Assembly (NCBI GenBank): GCA_963752155.1 | Contig: CAVVXH010000010.1 | Span: 480,001-544,000, forward strand | Direction of reading: 5' to 3' | Length of the DNA stretch: 64,000 bases | DNA from: an uncultured Parachlamydiaceae bacterium | GTDB lineage: Bacteria > Chlamydiota > Chlamydiia > Chlamydiales > Parachlamydiaceae | Shown here: in pieces, positions 1 to 9,392 of the stretch | Position numbering within the stretch: the stretch's first letter is position 1 | Layout of the letters: each line of letters begins with the position of its first letter | Made by a program: the position numbers and the translations under genes | The notes under the pieces: generated by a model | Told to the model about the DNA's origin: nothing | Databases searched by the model: none | What the model saw: only the letters and a program-made list of their open reading frames with translations

Positions 1-1039
1 GAGAAAGAGAACGTGCTTTGCAAAACATGAATATAAGGATAAAAAGGATAAATTAGATGAGATAAAGAGCAAGTATGAAGCTGCATTCAAGGCATCCATA
101 CAATTTCTTGATTTTATCGAGAAGGCATGTGCTTCGGAAGATTGTGAAAAGGATAAAATGTCTTTATTAAAAGCTTATTTTTCCGATGAATATAAAAAGT
201 ACAATCAAGCCTTAGAAGCTTGTAAATCGATAAAATTTAGAAACTCTCAAATTGGTGTTTGTGAAATTTTACTATTCATTGATGAACTTGATGTTCGAGA
301 AAATGAAGATAAGTATGATAGGCAGGAGGCTATATCATTAATCAATTATCCTGTACAACGACTGAGTGAACAAACCAAATGGGAGAAAGCTCTTAAAGAA
401 GATTTAACTGTTGAACAGGAACAAGAGCTTTATAGAGCTGGGGCTAAGGGTGAGTTCATTGAATTTCCTAAGGAGATTACTTTAGAAGAAGTTAAAAATG
501 CTGAAAAGAAATGGAGTGAAGGCTTTAGTAAGATGGCTGAATCATTCAAAGAATTAATTCAGTTGAAAGGATTTGATAAAAGAGAAGGATTGCTTGGGAA
601 ATATTTACCCAGCAAAGTCTTAGATTTAGCAGGCAATACTATAGCCCATGAAATTGATAAAAAATATTTTGAAGAATTAGAGATATATTATGAGAAATAT
701 AAACGAATTTCTGATTTATCAGCGATTTTTATCAATGAAATGGATAGAGTTGCTGACTTGAATGAATTACAAGAATTGTATAAGAGTAATATATATCAAG
801 ATTATAGTAATTTTTTAATTCTGAATAAATTCCCAACAAAACCAATGGGTAATAAGCCGCAAAAAATTGAATTGGAAGAAAATTTGGAAGCTATTTCTGC
901 TTTTTTCATGAATTCTATTGAGAAAGATAGATTTTCTAAGTTAAAACAAAATATATTGCATTATAAAGATATTATCCATCAACGCATAGCACTTTATACT
1001 CCATTTTCTAACAATCTAAAGAAACTAAATAAAAACTAG
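1..1039 (+). CDS. Hypothetical protein, 5'-partial (frame is open from position 2, so it starts before the window)
   Basis: The ORF-track frame 158..1039 has no stop back to position 2. It is K/E-rich and helical with no recognised motif. Confidence 0.6.
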   Translation, partial: RKRTCFAKHEYKDKKDKLDEIKSKYEAAFKASIQFLDFIEKACASEDCEKDKMSLLKAYFSDEYKKYNQALEACKSIKFRNSQIGVCEILLFIDELDVRENEDKYDRQEAISLINYPVQRLSEQTKWEKALKEDLTVEQEQELYRAGAKGEFIEFPKEITLEEVKNAEKKWSEGFSKMAESFKELIQLKGFDKREGLLGKYLPSKVLDLAGNTIAHEIDKKYFEELEIYYEKYKRISDLSAIFINEMDRVADLNELQELYKSNIYQDYSNFLILNKFPTKPMGNKPQKIELEENLEAISAFFMNSIEKDRFSKLKQNILHYKDIIHQRIALYTPFSNNLKKLNKN

Positions 1040-1247
1040 GAAAAATCAAACGCAAGGCAATTCGCTTTTTTAAAGAAAGCGCCTGCCTTGCTCTAAATTA
1101 ATCAACCAAAATTTGAATCTTTAAATTTATTTAATTCAAAATTGCTCTCTTCAACGTGTAAAGCTAAAAATTGCTTGTATTGTTTTTTGATTTTAATTGT
1201 TTTATTAAATTCAATCAAATCTTTGCCAGAAATTATTACAATTTTAA

Positions 1248-1280
1248 GTACTTTTAGGCTGCGCCAAAGCCTAAAAGTAC
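1248..1280. terminator. Perfect 13-bp-arm hairpin between convergent genes; a second hairpin lies at 1052-1091
   Basis: GTACTTTTAGGCT-N7-AGCCTAAAAGTAC. Confidence 0.5.
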
Positions 1281-1299
1281 AATTATTCTTGCCCGGGTC

Positions 1300-2151
1300 C
1301 TAAGGTCGTCGATGGCAGCGATGAAATGCTTCCTGCAGTTGTTTACAGCTTACATGCGTGTACTTTTCGGTACTATTAATGCTGGAATGACCTAACATTT
1401 CTTGAATGATGCGTAAGTCTGCGCCGTTATCCAGCAAATGTGTAGCAAAAGAGTGTCTCAAAGTATGTGGAGAGATATTTTTATTGATGGCGGCAGATTT
1501 TGCATGTTTCTTTACAATCTTCCAAATTTCGACCCTATTTAAAGGTTTGCTCCTAGTCGTGACAAAAAGAGTCTCTTGATCTTCCTTAAATTGATCTCGA
1601 AATTCAGTTAAATAATAATCGATCGCTGTAAGGGCTGCATGGCCGATGGGAACTAAACGTTCCTTTCCTCCTTTTCCAAACACTCTCACATAATCTTCAC
1701 CGATGTCGATAATTTTGAGACTGCACAGTTCTGAAGCTCTTAAACCACTGCTATACAGTAGTTCTAAGATTGCAGCATCTCGAGCTCCGGAAGCAGTTTT
1801 TTGATTCGGTTGTTTTAACAATTCATTCACTTCTTCTACACTTAGGACTGTAGGGATTGCCTGCCAGATTTTGGGTGTCTCAAAATAGAGTGCAATATTT
1901 TCTGGAATTGTTCCTTCTCTCTTCAAAAACCGAAAGAGGACTTTAATTGCGACTAGAGCTCGACTGATCGATGCCGGAGCATACTTTAGCGAGTAAAGGT
2001 AGGCAAGATATTCAATCAGTTCATTAGAACTGACTTCAGTAAATGAAGTAAAATGATTTTTTTTTAGAAATTCGATAAAATTGAGCAGATCACGACGATA
2101 CGATTCAATTGTATGTGGAGAGGACCCTTTCTCAGATGTCAAATAGCACAT
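1300..2151 (-). CDS. xerD: Site-specific tyrosine recombinase XerD
   Basis: LLYSSGLRASEL, VFGKGGKERLVP, SPHTLRHSFATHLLDNGADLRIIQEMLGHS..TEKYTHV (R-K-H-R-H-Y catalytic set). Confidence 0.9.
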   Translation of the reverse strand: MCYLTSEKGSSPHTIESYRRDLLNFIEFLKKNHFTSFTEVSSNELIEYLAYLYSLKYAPASISRALVAIKVLFRFLKREGTIPENIALYFETPKIWQAIPTVLSVEEVNELLKQPNQKTASGARDAAILELLYSSGLRASELCSLKIIDIGEDYVRVFGKGGKERLVPIGHAALTAIDYYLTEFRDQFKEDQETLFVTTRSKPLNRVEIWKIVKKHAKSAAINKNISPHTLRHSFATHLLDNGADLRIIQEMLGHSSINSTEKYTHVSCKQLQEAFHRCHRRP

Positions 2152-2202
2152 AAAATCTTCTAAAGGCGAAATGAAATCGGAGGTTAAGATACATCAGATT
2201 CT

Positions 2203-3384
2203 TTATCCAATCACGTTCTTATTTACTAGAAAGTAAGCAAGCGTACTTAAGAACACTACATAGACAGGCCCTTTGACAGTTTTGACATGATAAAGTTTAT
2301 AGGCAATATTGCAAATGCTTAATATAATGAGGGCAGGATAACAAATTTCTAAAATAGGGCCTAAAAATCCTATGATCACCATAAAATTGAGTGTAGAAAT
2401 CCAATAGGTGATAGCTAAAGTAATAATAAGAGAGATTGTATAACTCATTTTATATTTGGTGATATCTTCATGTAGATATTCTGCAAAGACAGAACAGAGC
2501 GCTATAGCAGTTGTGAGGCATGCTAATGCGACAGCAACGCATACGACAATGCCCGCTTGATCTCCAAGAACTAAAATGGCAATATGGCTAATAAGATTTT
2601 CAGGTTGTATATCAATCAAATTTTCAGTATGGAAAGAGGCCAGAAAGCTAAATCCAATATAAGTAACGCTGAGTAATAGGGCTCCAATAGCACTTGCCCA
2701 TAAAGTTAATTTTAGTAGAAGTTTTGAATTATTCAGATCTTGTGGAGGCAAATCTTTTTTCAAGCCAACAAGCACGACTGAAGAGAAAAAAAATGCTCCA
2801 AGGAGGTCCATTGTTTGGTATCCTTGCATCAACCCTTCGAGGAAAACGGTGATGGGTGTTTCAGAGGAAGGGGTCATAGGTGGAGAATAAATCAGTCCCA
2901 TAACGATGATGATTCCCAGTGAGATGAGAAGAAAAGGGGTTAAGATGTATCCTAAAATGTTGACGATGTTATTGCGTTTGATTGTCAGTAAAAAGATAAG
3001 CAGACACGAGAACAGACTAAAGACAGGCAGAGAAATGCCAGGTAGGAAGGTCGTTGCGGTTGAATAAGCTAAGGCAATGCAACGTGGAATTGCTCCAAAT
3101 GGACCAATAAGGGCCATAATGATTGCCGTGACGATAGTTCCAGGGCCATTGCCCATTCGAGCAAAAAAATGTTGATAGTTTCCACGGAAAAGACTCATGG
3201 CGATGAGTCCAAGGAAGGGAACCCCGACTGCAGTAATTAGCAATCCAATGATGGCAAAAGAGATGTTTCCTTGGGCGTATTGTCCTAAAGCCAAGGGAAA
3301 TACAACATTGCCGGCTCCAAAGAACATCGAGAACATCGCAAAGCCAGTGGCAAATATTGTATTCAGTTGGGTAGTCTTATGCAT
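2203..3384 (-). CDS. brnQ: Branched-chain amino acid transport carrier BrnQ (LIVCS family)
   Basis: FAMFSMFFGAGNVVFP, GPFGAIPR, GYQTMDLLGA, LACLTTA and YPALI motifs; about 12 TM segments; ATG start chosen at 3384. Confidence 0.9.
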   Translation of the reverse strand: MHKTTQLNTIFATGFAMFSMFFGAGNVVFPLALGQYAQGNISFAIIGLLITAVGVPFLGLIAMSLFRGNYQHFFARMGNGPGTIVTAIIMALIGPFGAIPRCIALAYSTATTFLPGISLPVFSLFSCLLIFLLTIKRNNIVNILGYILTPFLLISLGIIIVMGLIYSPPMTPSSETPITVFLEGLMQGYQTMDLLGAFFFSSVVLVGLKKDLPPQDLNNSKLLLKLTLWASAIGALLLSVTYIGFSFLASFHTENLIDIQPENLISHIAILVLGDQAGIVVCVAVALACLTTAIALCSVFAEYLHEDITKYKMSYTISLIITLAITYWISTLNFMVIIGFLGPILEICYPALIILSICNIAYKLYHVKTVKGPVYVVFLSTLAYFLVNKNVIG

Positions 3385-3476
3385 ATTTTTCTCGGTAAAG
3401 TTATTAGGGAATTCCTTCAATATACAATACCTTACTTATGGAATGAAGGCAATGGATTTTAATAATTCCTCTATCT

Positions 3477-4451
3477 TCATTTTTCATAAAAGGACCAAGC
3501 GCAGTTGAAATTGATAGCATAATCAAATTTACCTTGTCTTCCAAACACGTTTTGATTGATGGGAAAACTAACTCCGCACTGTAAAAGAAATTCTTTTGAT
3601 GAGATCCATATGGAAGGTGTAACAAAGATCATGTTTTTTCCAGAATTTTTATCAATTTTTCCTTTGATTCTATCTTTTTTGTTATATTGCCCGTCAATTT
3701 CCAACATCCAAGCGTTGATCCAACCGTTCGGACTTGGTAAATTTTTCCCAAAACCAAACTGATAAAGAAATTGATCTCCAATTTTTGTGCCATGCTCAGA
3801 ACTTGTTAATACAGCACCTGGGGCTAGGAATACAAACCAATCGACTCGCATATGATAATAAGTGGCACCAATAAATAAGCTTGGGGAGCCAAAGCCTGTG
3901 GGCGGATTTTTTTTAGTTGATCCTGTTGGAACTGTAACGTTCGTGACTATGGTTGCAGTGTCGGTCGAACTTAGACTTGATTGATCATAAAAAGCGTATT
4001 CTAATTGAACAAAAAAGTCTTCAAAACCTCTTGATTGATGAGAACCTTCCTTCATGATGGGAGTAAAAGGGAAATTAAAAAAAATGGACCATGCATCAGT
4101 AATACCAAATAAAATGCCAGGAATAAAGTCACTCGTTGCTTTGCGTTTCCCTTCAAAATAATCAGCAAAAAAATAGAGTTGGACTTCACCCTTTTCAATG
4201 ATATTACCTCCAAATCCAAAAAGTGCAGCGGGTTGTTGAGATAAAGGTAGGGAAAAATTTCCGATGGGTGGAGGCTTTACTTCTTCTTTTTTTTCTTCCT
4301 TTTTTTCTTCTTTTTTTTCTTCTTTTTTTTCTTCTTTTTTTTCTTCTTTTTTTTCTTCTTTTTTTTCAGATCCTTCTTCACCATTTAGATGAGAGAAAGC
4401 GATAAAGCTTAGAGCTAACAGGAAAATAAGGTTCATAGTGAATCTATTCAT
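3477..4451 (-). CDS. Exported, putative outer-membrane beta-barrel protein with a (KKEE)7 linker
   Basis: N-terminal signal peptide, alternating aromatic beta-strand pattern, PTGS..NPPTGFG motif, C-terminal aromatic residues. Confidence 0.55.
   Translation of the reverse strand: MNRFTMNLIFLLALSFIAFSHLNGEEGSEKKEEKKEEKKEEKKEEKKEEKKEEKKEEVKPPPIGNFSLPLSQQPAALFGFGGNIIEKGEVQLYFFADYFEGKRKATSDFIPGILFGITDAWSIFFNFPFTPIMKEGSHQSRGFEDFFVQLEYAFYDQSSLSSTDTATIVTNVTVPTGSTKKNPPTGFGSPSLFIGATYYHMRVDWFVFLAPGAVLTSSEHGTKIGDQFLYQFGFGKNLPSPNGWINAWMLEIDGQYNKKDRIKGKIDKNSGKNMIFVTPSIWISSKEFLLQCGVSFPINQNVFGRQGKFDYAINFNCAWSFYEK
4281..4367. repeat. 12-bp coding tandem repeat, about 7 copies, encoding KKEE
   Basis: (TTCTTCTTTTTT)n on the + strand. 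Confidence 0.9.
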
Positions 4452-4501
4452 TTGAAGTTTGTTTTAATTGAAAGCTTCTTGACAATACGAAAATTGAGTA
4501 A

Positions 4502-5557
4502 ATGTGTCAATGGAATAATTTAATCAGCAAAAAAATTGCGCTCTTGCTACTAATTTTGACGATAAAGTACTCTAAAAATTTAGTGTCATCCTATACCATA
4601 ATAAAAACAATGTTCCGTCCATTTGATATAGCTTCTCATTATGCCTTGCAATTGTCGTTGATGGAAATTGGCCTAGGTTCCATTTTGCATGCATTTCGTA
4701 TTCCTTTTTCTGGTTTTTTTCTTTCGCTAAATCAATGTTTTATATTGAATCGAGCTCTTCTTCATCCTTCTTCCTCCTTTTCTTCGACACCACATTTTTT
4801 ACCTATCGCGATCTCGAATACCGCTGCAATCGTAAAGACTTTGAGTCCTTATGGGAAAAAATTCACACCCATGTTAGCAATATCGATGCAAGGACTGTTA
4901 TTTAATGTTGGGATTGTATTTTTTGGCAAAAATTTAGTCGGCAGATGCGTAGGATCTATCCTACTTAGCCTATGGCCAATCATTCAACCTGCACTTATTT
5001 ATGGAATTATTTATGGCAGTGTCTTTCTTAGTATGGGAAGTTATTATGATCAAATGATTGTTTCTAAACTTCTTTGGTTTGAATATATGCCTCTTCGAGC
5101 TATTGTTGTAGGGTATATTTTTGTACATCTATTTTTCACACTTTGCGTTTGTTTGTTAACTTCTCTGTTACCCGCAGGGATTTTAGACAGCTATGACCGA
5201 TACATTTTATCCTATCATTCAGGTCCAAAGTCTTTAAAGCAATTGTCTCCGTCGTCAAAAAATACTCTATTGCAAAAAATACGAGGTGCCGGCAGGGATT
5301 TGATTTCTCCGATATTTCTTCTTTCTTTGATGTTGAGCGGTTTGTTTTTTTATGTGACGCTTCATTCCTTGGAGTCATTTTTCTTTTCTTTTTTCCGTTT
5401 GATTGCAATGGCTTTCTTGACGTTTTTTCTTATAAGAAACGTTTCGGCAGAATGGTGTGTACGCATTTTTTCTAAAATATATTTTTTAAATAAATATACC
5501 CATTACGTTGAAGAAGTGCTCGAACAGATACAAGGTCGTATTAAGACAAACCCATGA
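4502..5557 (+). CDS. Hypothetical integral membrane protein (true start may be ATG 4610)
   Basis: Multiple hydrophobic segments; EIGLGSILHAFRIPFSGFFLSLNQ. Confidence 0.6.
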   Translation: MCQWNNLISKKIALLLLILTIKYSKNLVSSYTIIKTMFRPFDIASHYALQLSLMEIGLGSILHAFRIPFSGFFLSLNQCFILNRALLHPSSSFSSTPHFLPIAISNTAAIVKTLSPYGKKFTPMLAISMQGLLFNVGIVFFGKNLVGRCVGSILLSLWPIIQPALIYGIIYGSVFLSMGSYYDQMIVSKLLWFEYMPLRAIVVGYIFVHLFFTLCVCLLTSLLPAGILDSYDRYILSYHSGPKSLKQLSPSSKNTLLQKIRGAGRDLISPIFLLSLMLSGLFFYVTLHSLESFFFSFFRLIAMAFLTFFLIRNVSAEWCVRIFSKIYFLNKYTHYVEEVLEQIQGRIKTNP

Positions 5558-5651
5558 GACCAATCTTAATACGAATAGACAATTATGACTGTGTGGAGTA
5601 AACTAAGGCAAGTAATTAGTTCCTTTTTAAATTTATTCCGAAGAATCATCG

Positions 5652-6587
5652 ATGGATTTTCCACATCTTCCAGTGTTAGCCAATGAAGTCATTCATTATT
5701 TTTCCGGGTGCTCTTGTCGTCATGTCTTTGATGGGACACTAGGTGCGGGGGGGCATGCTGAACTCCTTTTAAAAACACATCCAGAAATTGAAATATATAT
5801 AGGTATAGATCAAGATCCAACAGCCCTAGCCATAGCTACAGAACGGCTTGCTCCATGGAAAGATAAACTCTGTCTAATGCGAGGCAACTTTAGCGATATT
5901 GAAAACCATCTATGTTCAGTCGGAATAACTCGGGTTCAAGCCATCCTCTTAGATTTGGGAGTGTCTTCAATGCAACTTGATCAAGCTGAAAAAGGGTTTA
6001 GCTTTATGCGGGAAGGTCCCTTAGATATGCGCATGGATCCCGATGCTTCCTTGAGCGCTTTAGATGTAGTTAATAACTACAGTGAAGCTGAGTTAGGTCG
6101 TATTTTTAGACAATATAGTGAAGAAAAACAGTGGCGAGCTATTGCCAAATGCCTTGTCCAAGAGCGTGAAAAAACAAAAATCGTCACCACAACACAATTA
6201 TCAGAAGTATTGATGCCTTTGCTTGGTTGGAAAAAATCGCGTGGAATTCATCCTATGACTCTTGTTTTCCAAGGCTTAAGGATTTTTGTAAATAGTGAAT
6301 TAACTATTTTAGAAAATGTGCTTCCCAAAGTCATCAATTGCTTAAGTCCTGGCGGAAGAGCAGGGATCATTTCGTTTCATAGCGGGGAAGATCGCTTGGT
6401 TAAAAATGCTTTCCAACTAGCCGCTGCCGATAAATATAATACTGAAGGAGATGGCAGAGGACTTTTTCTTGATAAAATTCCTACAGTACGTATATTGACT
6501 AGAAAAGCAGCGGTAGCAACAGATGAAGAAATTAATCAAAATCCTAGAAGCCGCAGTGCAAAATTGCGCGTGTTGGAAAAATTGTAA
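5652..6587 (+). CDS. rsmH: 16S rRNA m4C1402 methyltransferase RsmH (MraW)
   Basis: DGTLGAGGH, DLGVSSMQLD..KGFSF, PLDMRM, ISFHSGEDRLVK, NPRSRSAKLR. Confidence 0.97.
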   Translation: MDFPHLPVLANEVIHYFSGCSCRHVFDGTLGAGGHAELLLKTHPEIEIYIGIDQDPTALAIATERLAPWKDKLCLMRGNFSDIENHLCSVGITRVQAILLDLGVSSMQLDQAEKGFSFMREGPLDMRMDPDASLSALDVVNNYSEAELGRIFRQYSEEKQWRAIAKCLVQEREKTKIVTTTQLSEVLMPLLGWKKSRGIHPMTLVFQGLRIFVNSELTILENVLPKVINCLSPGGRAGIISFHSGEDRLVKNAFQLAAADKYNTEGDGRGLFLDKIPTVRILTRKAAVATDEEINQNPRSRSAKLRVLEKL

Positions 6588-6890
6588 ATGACTTCTCTAT
6601 CTTTGGGCTTTTCTATCCGAATCTTACTTTGCATTGTTGTTGCTGTTGGATTTGTCTATGGGTACATTGAAAAGCAAAATGAATTAACTGAAGTGCGTTT
6701 ATTGATTCCGGTTGTCAGTAAGGAGCTGAAGGGGGTAACCGAAAATAATGTTCGCTTGCAATATTCTATTTATCGTTTTGAGAACCCTGCAAATTTATTG
6801 CAATTAGCTAAAAGACCCGAGTTGAGTTATCTAAAATTTCCTAATCCTTCTGAAGTGATTGTTGTTCATCAAAGGAAAAGTGAGTTATAG
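6588..6890 (+). CDS. ftsL: Cell-division protein FtsL-like
   Basis: Small protein directly after rsmH with one TM helix and a coiled coil (KQNELTEVRL..ENPANLLQLA). Confidence 0.7.
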   Translation: MTSLSLGFSIRILLCIVVAVGFVYGYIEKQNELTEVRLLIPVVSKELKGVTENNVRLQYSIYRFENPANLLQLAKRPELSYLKFPNPSEVIVVHQRKSEL

Positions 6891-7670
6891 ATGAAAAGAA
6901 ATTGGTCTATCCCTATTTTCCTCTGTCTTTTTTTTGCATCAACTGCATTGGGTGATAACCCTCCTTTAATTGTTGGAATGGAACTTTCTTATCCTCCTTT
7001 TGAAATGATGAGTCCTGATGGAAACCCTGAAGGGATAAGTGTTGAAATTGCTAAGGCTCTCGGGGAGTACCTGAACCGAAAAGTCGTGATCGAAAATATT
7101 CCATTCATCGGCCTCATTCCTTCGTTGAAAACAGGAAAAATTGATCTAATTATCTCTTCCATGTCGGTGAACGAGAAGCGTAAAAAATCGATCGCTTTTT
7201 CCGATTCTTATCTTACGACTGGACTTTGCTTGCTCGTTAGCTTGAAATCTGACCTGCAAAATATTAGCCAGGCGAATCGAGAAGGGCGAGTTCTTGCAGT
7301 GAAAGCTGGCACAAGTGGTGAAATTTATGCTTTACAATATTTGAATTTAGCAACGATAGTGGTTTTAGATAAGGAATCTTCCGCAGTGTTGGAGGTTGTG
7401 CAAGGGAAAGTGGATGCATTTATATATGATCAATTTTCTATTTTTACGAATTGGCAGAAGCACCAAACAACCACTCGAGCTCTTTTGGACCCTTTTAAAA
7501 AAGAGTATTGGGCAATCGGTTTGCAGCAAGGAAATGTCATTCTTTTAAATCAAGTCAATCATTTTATTAAAGATTTCCGGAAACAAGGTGGCTTTGAAAA
7601 AATTGGAGAAAAATATCTGCAACAGCAAATGGAAGCTTTTAGGAAACTTGGTATTCCATTTGTATTTTAA
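6891..7670 (+). CDS. Polar amino-acid ABC transporter substrate-binding protein (family 3)
   Basis: Signal peptide, YPPFE, GLIPSLKTGKIDLIISSM, FSDSY. Confidence 0.9.
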   Translation: MKRNWSIPIFLCLFFASTALGDNPPLIVGMELSYPPFEMMSPDGNPEGISVEIAKALGEYLNRKVVIENIPFIGLIPSLKTGKIDLIISSMSVNEKRKKSIAFSDSYLTTGLCLLVSLKSDLQNISQANREGRVLAVKAGTSGEIYALQYLNLATIVVLDKESSAVLEVVQGKVDAFIYDQFSIFTNWQKHQTTTRALLDPFKKEYWAIGLQQGNVILLNQVNHFIKDFRKQGGFEKIGEKYLQQQMEAFRKLGIPFVF

Positions 7671-7682
7671 GGAAATAACTTA

Positions 7683-8453
7683 ATGGAGGAACAAACAACT
7701 AAACCCACTGATCTTACAAAATATATCTCAGTTGCTATTCAGGTAATACTCGTTGCTGGCTTGCTGTTCTCTTTCTTTTTTTTCTTTTTTTTTAATCATT
7801 CATACCAATGGGATAGTGTCTGGGAATACCGTTCACTTTTTTTGCAAGGTTGGTTAATGACCGTTGCCTTGTCATCTATAAGTCTTATTCTGAGTATTTT
7901 GATAGGTCTGCTTTGCGCTCTCTGCTATGGTTCAGGAGTTCCCATTCTTTATTACCTTGCAAAGCTCTATATTGAATTCATACGCGGAACCCCTTTGCTT
8001 GTTCAAATATTATTTTTTTATTATGTGATTGCCAATGGCATAGGAATGGAAAATCGATATGTTGCAGGTGTTTTGACATTATCGATTTTTAGTGGAACGT
8101 ATATTGCCGAAATGATTCGAGCAGGTATTGAAAGTGTGAGCGCAACACAATTACAGTCTGCAAGAGCTATCGGCCTTACAACTTATCAGTGCTACCGCTT
8201 TGTCATATTTCCTCAAGCTATGCGACAAGTGTTGCCTCCACTTTCTGGACAATTTGCTTCTATCATCAAGGATTCGTCATTACTTTCAATCATAGGGATT
8301 AACGAAATGACGAATAGTGCTCAGCAGATTAATAGTGCAACCTACAGTACTCTAGAAAGCTTTTTTCCTTTGGCACTTGGATATCTCGTGCTGACCTTAC
8401 CTATTTCACTTTGGAGTAGACGGCTTGAAGAAAGGTTTCGCTATGAAACTTGA
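7683..8453 (+). CDS. Polar amino-acid ABC transporter permease
   Basis: YIEFIRGTPLLVQ, AEMIRAGIESV, PQAMRQVLP, IIKDSSLLS. Confidence 0.92.
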   Translation: MEEQTTKPTDLTKYISVAIQVILVAGLLFSFFFFFFFNHSYQWDSVWEYRSLFLQGWLMTVALSSISLILSILIGLLCALCYGSGVPILYYLAKLYIEFIRGTPLLVQILFFYYVIANGIGMENRYVAGVLTLSIFSGTYIAEMIRAGIESVSATQLQSARAIGLTTYQCYRFVIFPQAMRQVLPPLSGQFASIIKDSSLLSIIGINEMTNSAQQINSATYSTLESFFPLALGYLVLTLPISLWSRRLEERFRYET

Positions 8454-9177
8454 AATAACCCATCTTTGCAAATCGTTTGGAAAGCAGGGAGCTTTGCAAA
8501 ATGTCAATGTTTTTATCCCTGACTACAAAGTATTAGCACTTATAGGCCATTCAGGAGGGGGTAAGTCGACATTACTTAAACTCATTGGAGGCTTGGAACA
8601 TCCAGACAGCGGTTCTATTTTGTTAGATGAAGCACCTATTGTATTTAACGAAAAAGAGCTCCTCGCCCATCGAAGAAAGCTAGGAATGGTTTTCCAATCA
8701 TGGAATCTTTTCCCTCATTTGACAGCTATCGAGAATATTACTTTACCCCTCTACAGAGTTCATGGACTGGCATGGGAAGAAGCTAACACCGTTGGGCATG
8801 AGCTTTTAAAGCGATTTTCGATGGAAAAACATGCATTTAAAAAACCCTATGAACTTTCGGGAGGGCAGTGTCAACGTGTTGCGATCGTTCGAGCGATGGC
8901 TGCACATCCAAAAATACTTCTTTTAGATGAGCCTACTTCAGCATTGGATCCACTCATGGCAGCAGAAGTTTTTGACCTTATTGTAGAATTGAAAAATGAA
9001 GGGTGTACATTGATCATTGTTACTCATCAGTTATCATTTGCAGAAAAAATTGCTGATTGGGCCTTATTTCTATCTGAAGGAAAAGTATTGGCCTCAGAGA
9101 AAATCGAAGAAATGTTCAGGTCTCAATCTATTCCAGTTATACAAAATTACTTTGATAAAGTTCGTCATTATTTTTGA
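8443..9177 (+). CDS. Polar amino-acid ABC transporter ATP-binding protein
   Basis: Walker A GHSGGGKST, LSGGQCQRVAI, LLLDEPTSALDP; ATG 8443 overlaps the permease stop. Confidence 0.92.
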   Translation: MKLEITHLCKSFGKQGALQNVNVFIPDYKVLALIGHSGGGKSTLLKLIGGLEHPDSGSILLDEAPIVFNEKELLAHRRKLGMVFQSWNLFPHLTAIENITLPLYRVHGLAWEEANTVGHELLKRFSMEKHAFKKPYELSGGQCQRVAIVRAMAAHPKILLLDEPTSALDPLMAAEVFDLIVELKNEGCTLIIVTHQLSFAEKIADWALFLSEGKVLASEKIEEMFRSQSIPVIQNYFDKVRHYF

Positions 9178-9392
9178 TATGCCTTTTAGTGGGAAAAAAA
9201 TGGATTAACATGTACGCAAATTATAAATTTTTTTAATATTTTTAAATAAAAACTTACCGATAAGCCTTAGGTTTCCGGAAATCAAACGTGATTATTTTTT
9301 ATTTTAACTATATTGATGAGGTAAATGTTGGAAATCAGTTATACTATCTAAAGATGAGAATTTTATAGTAAAAAATAAGTCCCGGAACATTT

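Noticed and set aside
1300..2151. Tyrosine recombinase as a phage or island integrase, or as the invertase of the nested-repeat locus
   Set aside because: The sequence is typical housekeeping XerD in a core context about 28 kb away, and nothing directly links it to that locus.
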